A stretch of DNA of 64,000 bases from the human T2T-CHM13v2.0 reference genome, Homo sapiens. The notes beneath the pieces were generated by a model that searched no databases, had not been told where the DNA came from, and was given only the letters and a program-made list of their open reading frames with translations. The DNA is taken from NCBI RefSeq assembly GCF_009914755.1, contig NC_060942.1. One strand, given 5' to 3'. Shown here piece by piece: positions 48,960 to 64,000 of this stretch. How positions within the stretch are numbered: the stretch's first letter is position 1; each line of letters begins with the position of its first letter. A program made the translations under genes and the position numbers.

Positions 48960-49214
48960 TGCCTCGCCCTGCTTCGGTTCATGCATGGTGTGCTGCACCC
49001 ACTGTCCACCCACTGTCCAGCACTCCCCAGTGAGATGAACCCGGTACCTCAGTTGGAAATGCAGAAATCACCCGTCTTCTGCATCGCTTACACTGGGAGC
49101 TGTAGACTGGAGCTGCTGCTATTCGGCCATCTTGGCTCCACCTCCACAGAGTTTTAATGTCATGGGAAAATTCTATTGACATGGAGTTAAGTTTTTAAAG
49201 CAGTATAAATAGGA

Positions 49215-49340
49215 TAGCTGAACGTGTGGTGCATACCTGTAATCTCAGCTACTCAGGAGCCTGAGGCAGGAGGACCCTGGAGTTCAAGACCAGCCTTGGC
49301 AACACAGTAAGACCCTCTCTCACAAAAATAAAAAAAAAAT
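49215..49340 (+). mobile_element. FLAM-type Alu monomer
   Basis: Left-arm consensus with A-rich tail. Confidence 0.75.
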
Positions 49341-49878
49341 AGTATACACTATTTTATCTCAGGTATAAAAGAAAAAAATAGATGAAAAATACAGTGGGTA
49401 GTAACTTCATAGACAGTTTTCATCAACCTCTTTATCATTTTCTCAGATTTCTACAATGGGCATGCAGCACCATGATGGCTGGGGAGGAAAAAACTAAAAA
49501 TCAAAAAGTCAAAAATTAAAACAAAAGCTGGTTTTATTGATCGATAACTGCACATTTTTGGTTGGAGGTGCCAGCTCTTGACGAATTTGCAGCCCTCTCA
49601 CTCTCGATATTGGAGCTTCTTCCTCCTGTGCTGTCTTCTCTGCCTGGGGAAATTTGTGTCCCTCAGCTAGGCCACCCAGGGGAATCACATGATGATCCTG
49701 AACATTCCATCCCATCAGGCTGTGCACAGGACTGGCTGCATCTGAGATCAAACGATGTTCAAAGAAAGTTCAGACTCCAGCACTCCAGTTAGGGCAAGCC
49801 TCTTAGAAGGTGAGCGTCTTGATACCTGTTTGGAAGGAGGGAACACTGGTTGCAGGAAATTCAGGTGAGCATTTTTGA

Positions 49879-50368
<490 letters not shown>

Positions 50369-51173
50369 ATTGGCTTTTAAACATTTGATGGAGGGTGCTG
50401 GTGAGCAAAACTTGACAGTTATGAAACAGGAAACGAGCAGGAAAAGGACCTGCCCAAACTTGGAGGAGAAGGTAGTGCCAGAGAAGAAGGGATGGCACTG
50501 AGCTTAGTGTGCAACCCAGAATTTGTGACAATTGCACAACACACCCTCTTGTCATTCCTGTCAGTTTTATTCATTCCCCTCCCTCCCTTCCATTCCTTTC
50601 CCAGTCTTTAATCCCCCTGTTCCTTCCCTTCTCCTACTCCCTTAATCACTTACAGTCCCACTCCCAGGAGGAAGGGGTACAGGAAACTGCATTTCTCCTC
50701 CTGAAGGTCACTGTGTGCAGCTGAAGCCACTTAGTCCACAGGAAGGAAGGCCAGCTGGTAGGAGTTCAGACGGCAGTTACAGCCACCAGGGGACAGCTTT
50801 GGCATCCACCCCCTTCAGGGCTCTCCTGAGAGGGAGGAGCAGTGCCCACCCTAGGGAGGGCTGAGCTTTATCACACTCTCTGAGGGCTCTCTGGGTCCTG
50901 CCTCATCAGCTCTGATGGCGGAAGGGTTGACAGGGGGCAGCAAGGATGGTTTTGTCCTGTGGCACCTCACCCTGCAGTGTCCACTCCCTCCTACCCCCAG
51001 CTCTTCCTGCCTTGCCTCCTGTTCCCTGTGATCCTCCCTTGGTGGAGTGCTGATGTGATGGAGTGGCCCTTCCTTGGAGACTCCCCACAACAATCCAAGT
51101 CCCCAACACTCTCCAGTCAGGGAAGACTGAAGCTACAACAAGTACTGGCACTGATCTTTATGACTCTGGTTCA

Positions 51174-51495
<322 letters not shown>

Positions 51496-52199
51496 CTACA
51501 TCCAAACTTCCAACCCCACCCCAGTGCCCAGAGAAGGGAGGAGGTGGGGACTAAGCCCAACAGGGCCCACTTGTGCCCAATACCTTTCCCCACACTGTCC
51601 TACTGCCTCTCCTCACCTTCTGCCCCACCCTCACTCTGCATGACTGAATGACTTAATTCAAATTGCATTTATTTGCTCATTTCTAATCACATCCTAGGAT
51701 CTCATGCTCTCTTGATGGTAAATAAAAGTGAACAGAAAATGTCTTCTAATGACCTGGTAAATCAAGTTTATACCTTTCCCAAAGCAGGGTCAATTTGCTC
51801 TAAATCTAGTCAAGTCAGAACCCAGCATTAGTAGGTGGCCTGACCACATGGCCCCTTCCCCCAGTCTCTTAAGGCATAGTGAGTCACTCACAGAGGCCAG
51901 CTTAGCCCTTCATGAGTCAGTATCTCCTGTTTATGTACAGAGTCATTACTTTCTCTATAGGAAAAAAAGGAGGTGGTGGTGGAGGTGCTTGTCTATAGAT
52001 GGACTGGGCATTGTAATTTGAAAAGCATTGAGAAAAGTCCCTATCTCCAAAGACATTATCAGCCTTACATAATATCTAAAAACCTATCATTTGAGACATT
52101 TCTCAGAGCAATGATCCTTTATAAAATATGGGATGAGGCCAGAAGAGCCATTTTACTATGTGACAGTCAGTACAACTCAGTGGCTAGGAATCAGGATCT

Positions 52200-54925
52200 G
52201 GATCGAGTTCCACTTCTGGTATGGCTGAGTAAACGCTTACTGTACTGAGCTTCCTGCCAATAACAACTATAAACTCAGGGGTTGGGAGAGGACAAAATCT
52301 ATCTGAAGGCCCTGGAGAGTATACAACAGCAAGCAGGCTCCAGGGGGAAGTTAACACTTGGAAGAAAGGGTTAGTAGGAGGTTATTCTCCTGTTTTTACC
52401 ACTTTTGGCCTGATGGTCAGCTGCAGTCACTGTCCTGAGGGGCAGCTAAAACTGAGAAGAAACTCACCATCTTTCTGGCCTGAAGAACTGGCAGACAGAG
52501 TTTGAGGGCAACCCCAGCTGCTAGAAAGTGAGGGAGAATCCTCAAAGGGAGAGAGCCAGAGAAAGAAAATCCCAAATTCCATGTATAAAGTCTGCCCCAA
52601 TTTTTGCCTGACCCCCAAACACCCATGTACAGCAGAGATTGTAAGCACCCTATCTAAGGGTGAAAGAACAAAAAACAGATATGAGGGGCCACTCAGAAAA
52701 AAACAGAATTTGCAGTTTGAACCATAACAAGTTAATTTCTCATTAAAATGAAAAATTCAAAACTCTTTGAAAGAATACAACTGAATCCAGTCTCCACAAT
52801 ATGACATTCACAATATCCAGAGTACAATCCAAAATTTCTTGACATATTGAGAGACAGGAAGATGTGATGTATTCTCAAGAGTAAATATAATAGGCAAAAG
52901 TCAAGCTCAAGATGACACAGATATTGAAATTAATAGAAATTTATTTTAAAATGGCAATTCTTACTATACTAAATGACATAAGGAAAAATGTGCTTATAAT
53001 GATTAAAACATAGTTAGTATCATCACCTAAATAGAGACGCCTAAAATTATAATCAAATGGAAATTCTATAACTAAAAAATACAGTATCTAATTTTAAAAA
53101 ATTAACTGGATGGGGCTTAACATAATTTTTTAAAACAGATGAAAGAGTAGGTGAATCTAAAGAGAGATCAACAGAAAATATCCAATCTGAAAGATAGAGA
53201 TAAAAATGATAGTACCTAAAGGGTGGTATTGAAAGGTCTAACATACCTACAATTGAACTCCTAGAAGAACAGAGGACATGGGGTAGAAAAAAATTATTTG
53301 AATAAATAATGGCCAAAAAGTCCCCAAATTTGGCAAAAGACATAAATTTACAAATCTAAGAAGCTCAGCAAATCCCAATCAAGTTAAATAAAAGAAAAAC
53401 ATGCCTGGGCACATTAGAGTCAAATGAATGGCAAAGTGTCAAAAGCATGCAGAGAAAAACAGCACATTACACAGAGGAGAATAATGAGTCAAATGACTGT
53501 TGATTTCTTATATCAGAAGCAATGGAGGCCAACACAGTGAACCAACATTCTCAAAGCACTAAAAGCAATATCTATCAAATATGAAGCAGAATAAAGACTT
53601 TCCAAATAAAAGAAAACTAAGAGAATTTATCACTAGCAGACCTTTATTATAAGAAATGCTAAAGAAAGTTCTTTATCTGAAGATAAATGATATCAAATGA
53701 AAATATGGATCTTTAGACATGAAGAACATCAAAACTAGCAAATAGAAAAAACTGCTTTTCCAGCCTAATTCCTTTCCAATATATATCACTATTCAAGGCA
53801 AAAATTATGACCTTGCATTGTAGGATGCATAATGTATATAAATGTCATATGGTAATCATAACACAAAGGAATGCTGGGGGCAGGTATAAGAGGACCTATA
53901 CGATTGCAAGGTTTGCATATTTTATGCAAAGTGGGACAATGTAAACTCAAATCAGATTATAAAAAGTTAAGAATGTATATCGTGATTCTTAGAGCGGACA
54001 TTGGGTAAAAAATACAATAATATATAGAAAAAACATTAATATGTAAATTAAACTGGAATTCTAAAACATGTCCAAATAATAATTTCTAAAAGGCACTAAA
54101 TGCAATATGGTACCCTAGATTGGCTCCTGAAACAGGAAAAAAGGGTTATTTGTGAAGAAACAAAGAAATCTGAATAAAGTCTGGCACTTAATTAATAGTA
54201 GTGTACTAATGTTAGTTTCTTAGTTGTGATGAATGTACCGTGATAATGTAAGATGTTAACTTCAGCAGAAACTGGGTGAGAGGTATACAGGAACTCTCTG
54301 TACTATTTTTGCAACTTTTATGTAAATCTAAAATTTAAACAAAATAAAGAGCTTCTGTAAAAAAAAAAAAAAGACAAGAAAGAAGTAACAGAAGAACAAA
54401 AATCAGAGGGGCAAAAAAGAAAACAAATAAAATGGTGTATCAAAATATAATCAGAATAATATTAAATGTTAATAGGCAAAAATTTCCAATTAGCTAAAAA
54501 AAAAGAAATAGCAGAGCTTGTTGTAATGGCTTAAAAACAAAAGTAAGATTTAAAGATATGCTGTGAATGGGACCCACTTTGAATATAATTATACAGATAG
54601 AGTGAAAGTAAATAGATGCAAAAGTATATGCAATGCCATGCCAGAAAAAGCCAGATCATTCAACACAGAAGTATTACCAAAGATTAGGAGGGATATTTCA
54701 CAATGATTAAAATGTCATTGGGAAAACATAACAGTCTTGTATGTGCATGTGCCTAACAACAGCACTTTAAAATATATAAAACAAAAATTGATAGAGCTAA
54801 AGGAAGAAATAGACAATTCTACAACCATAGATTTTTGTAGAGTTTTGAAGATTTTAGCATCCTTCTCTCAGCATTTGATAGAAAAATTAAGATAAAAATT
54901 CAGGAAACATAGATGATCTGAATAA
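52200..54925 (+). mobile_element. Ancient L1M relic (5' region, ORF1 and ORF2 start) with a nested L1M 3' fragment
   Basis: A-rich, with motifs AAGACATAAATTTACAAAT..AAGAAGCTCAGCAAATCCC, CTAAGAGAATTTATCACTAGCAGACC and AAAGGAAGAAATAGACAATTC. Confidence 0.7.
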
Positions 54926-55258
54926 TGCTACCAACTACCTTTTTTATTTATAAAATGGAAATAAACTCACTGTTTGAAATTGGTATAAAGATTAAACAAG
55001 CAAATAGTTTAGCCCAGTCTGGGCACACTGTAAATCCACTATACTTACTGGTTATTATTAGCGACTTATCTGGGAGGGGAAAATTTATCAGCTCAATAGT
55101 ATCCCATTGCCAGGGATTAATTTGCCAAATTAGCTAGTTTGGGGGTAGTGAAAAGCAGATACTTCAAGAGCTGAATATAAAGGAAAACTATTTTTACCAT
55201 AAATTAATATATTCAGATAACAGAAAAATGAAAACAGTGTAAAAGAATATAAAGATAA

Positions 55259-62875
<7,617 letters not shown>

Positions 62876-62899
62876 ATCCAATAAAATTTAGAAATTTGA

Positions 62900-63560
62900 A
62901 AAAAAATCATCAATATATGTTAAAACTAGGGAGTAAAAATTTGAAATGGGAGAGGTTATCTACATATTCTCTGAGTATCTCCCCACAGATTACTTAATAA
63001 CTGTAAAGGGAGAAATTATAATTATAAACCAAAGGAACCTGGAAGACATCACCTTAACCAAATAATCAAAATCAACATCACCAATAACAAGCCAGACAGA
63101 TACCATGTGTTTCCTGATGCGAGGCACTGAAAAGGACACAACATCACTTTTATGGTATTCCAGAGGGGACAGGTAACATACACTAATCATGAGGAAGGAC
63201 GAGACAAACCCAGTTGAAGGGCATTCTGCAAGACAACTAGCTTGTACTCTTCCAAAATGTTAATTCATGAGAGATAAAGGCTCGAGAAATGTTCTAGATT
63301 AAAGAAGACTAAAGAGACTACATAACTAAATGCAACATGGGATCGATTTGATCCTGGATTGGATCTTGAGATAAGAAGTAAAAATTCCTCTAAAGAACAC
63401 CATGGGACAGTTGGCAGATTTTGTATATGGAATGCAAATTATGTAATAATGCATACATGTTAAATTCTGTAAATTTGATAACTATACAGTTACTATGTAA
63501 GAGAAAGTTAGAACCTGAAATATTTAGGGATAAAGAGAAAAGTGCATGATATCTGTGACT
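62900..63560 (+). mobile_element. Ancient L1M (MC/ME-like) 3' region
   Basis: GACATCACCTTAACCAAATAATCAAAAT..GAGACAAACCC..ACTAAATGCAACATGGGATC..CCTGGATTGGATC. Confidence 0.7.
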
Positions 63561-64000
63561 CATCAAAGAATCATAAAGTGTTAGAGGTTGAAGGGTCCCT
63601 AGAGAGTCAGTAGGCCAAACCCTACTTTCTTGAAATGATGTGACCAAAATCCTGAGAAATTGAATTATCTGCCTAAGACCACACATCCAGCCAGGAGTTG
63701 AGCCCAAGACTCTCTGGCCAGGTGTTTACAGTGAGTGCATGATATTGGTTGTTCTTGTTCATCATGGGTCAATGCTCAAATACATTGTTATCCATTAACT
63801 ACAAGCCAATATACACCCCCACAGCTTTGACCCAGCTTCTGCTAATGCAAAGGTCCCTGACTTCTGGTGGGCTTACATCAGAGGACAATGACCCTGGGAA
63901 CTGATTTATTTTCACCCTTCTCAGTGCTGACCATGGCCTCAGAGGTGAGTGCTCTCAGGAGAGCCCTCTGCTGTGTGCTGTAGTGGAAAGGGCTGGAGCT

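Overview
This is human-like (primate) genomic DNA, mostly intergenic and dominated by repeats. No intact host protein-coding exon is supported; almost every ORF in the track is an Alu, L1 or LTR translation artefact. The first ~1.5 kb looks like the end of an Alu-containing 3' UTR on the + strand, with a canonical poly(A) site near 1476-1500 (gene not identified). Downstream are many Alus, a MER11 (HML-8) solo LTR with a 6-bp TSD, MER4-, THE1-, MLT1- and LTR8-type LTRs, MER DNA transposons and L2/L1M relics. There is also an orphan CpG island at ~24.2-24.7 kb and a 5'-truncated RPS24 processed pseudogene fused to a fossil Alu monomer. A full-length L1PA3/PA4-type element (-, 43.0-49.1 kb) has an open ORF0, and a chimeric L1PB/L1PA4 element lies on + at 55.3-62.9 kb. 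The most notable signal is that the two inverted L1PA copies share several non-consensus substitutions, including the same ORF2 nonsense codon, which suggests gene conversion between them and a possible inversion substrate. I see no evidence of a new gene system. Repeat subfamily names come from recalled consensus sequences and need RepeatMasker/Dfam confirmation.
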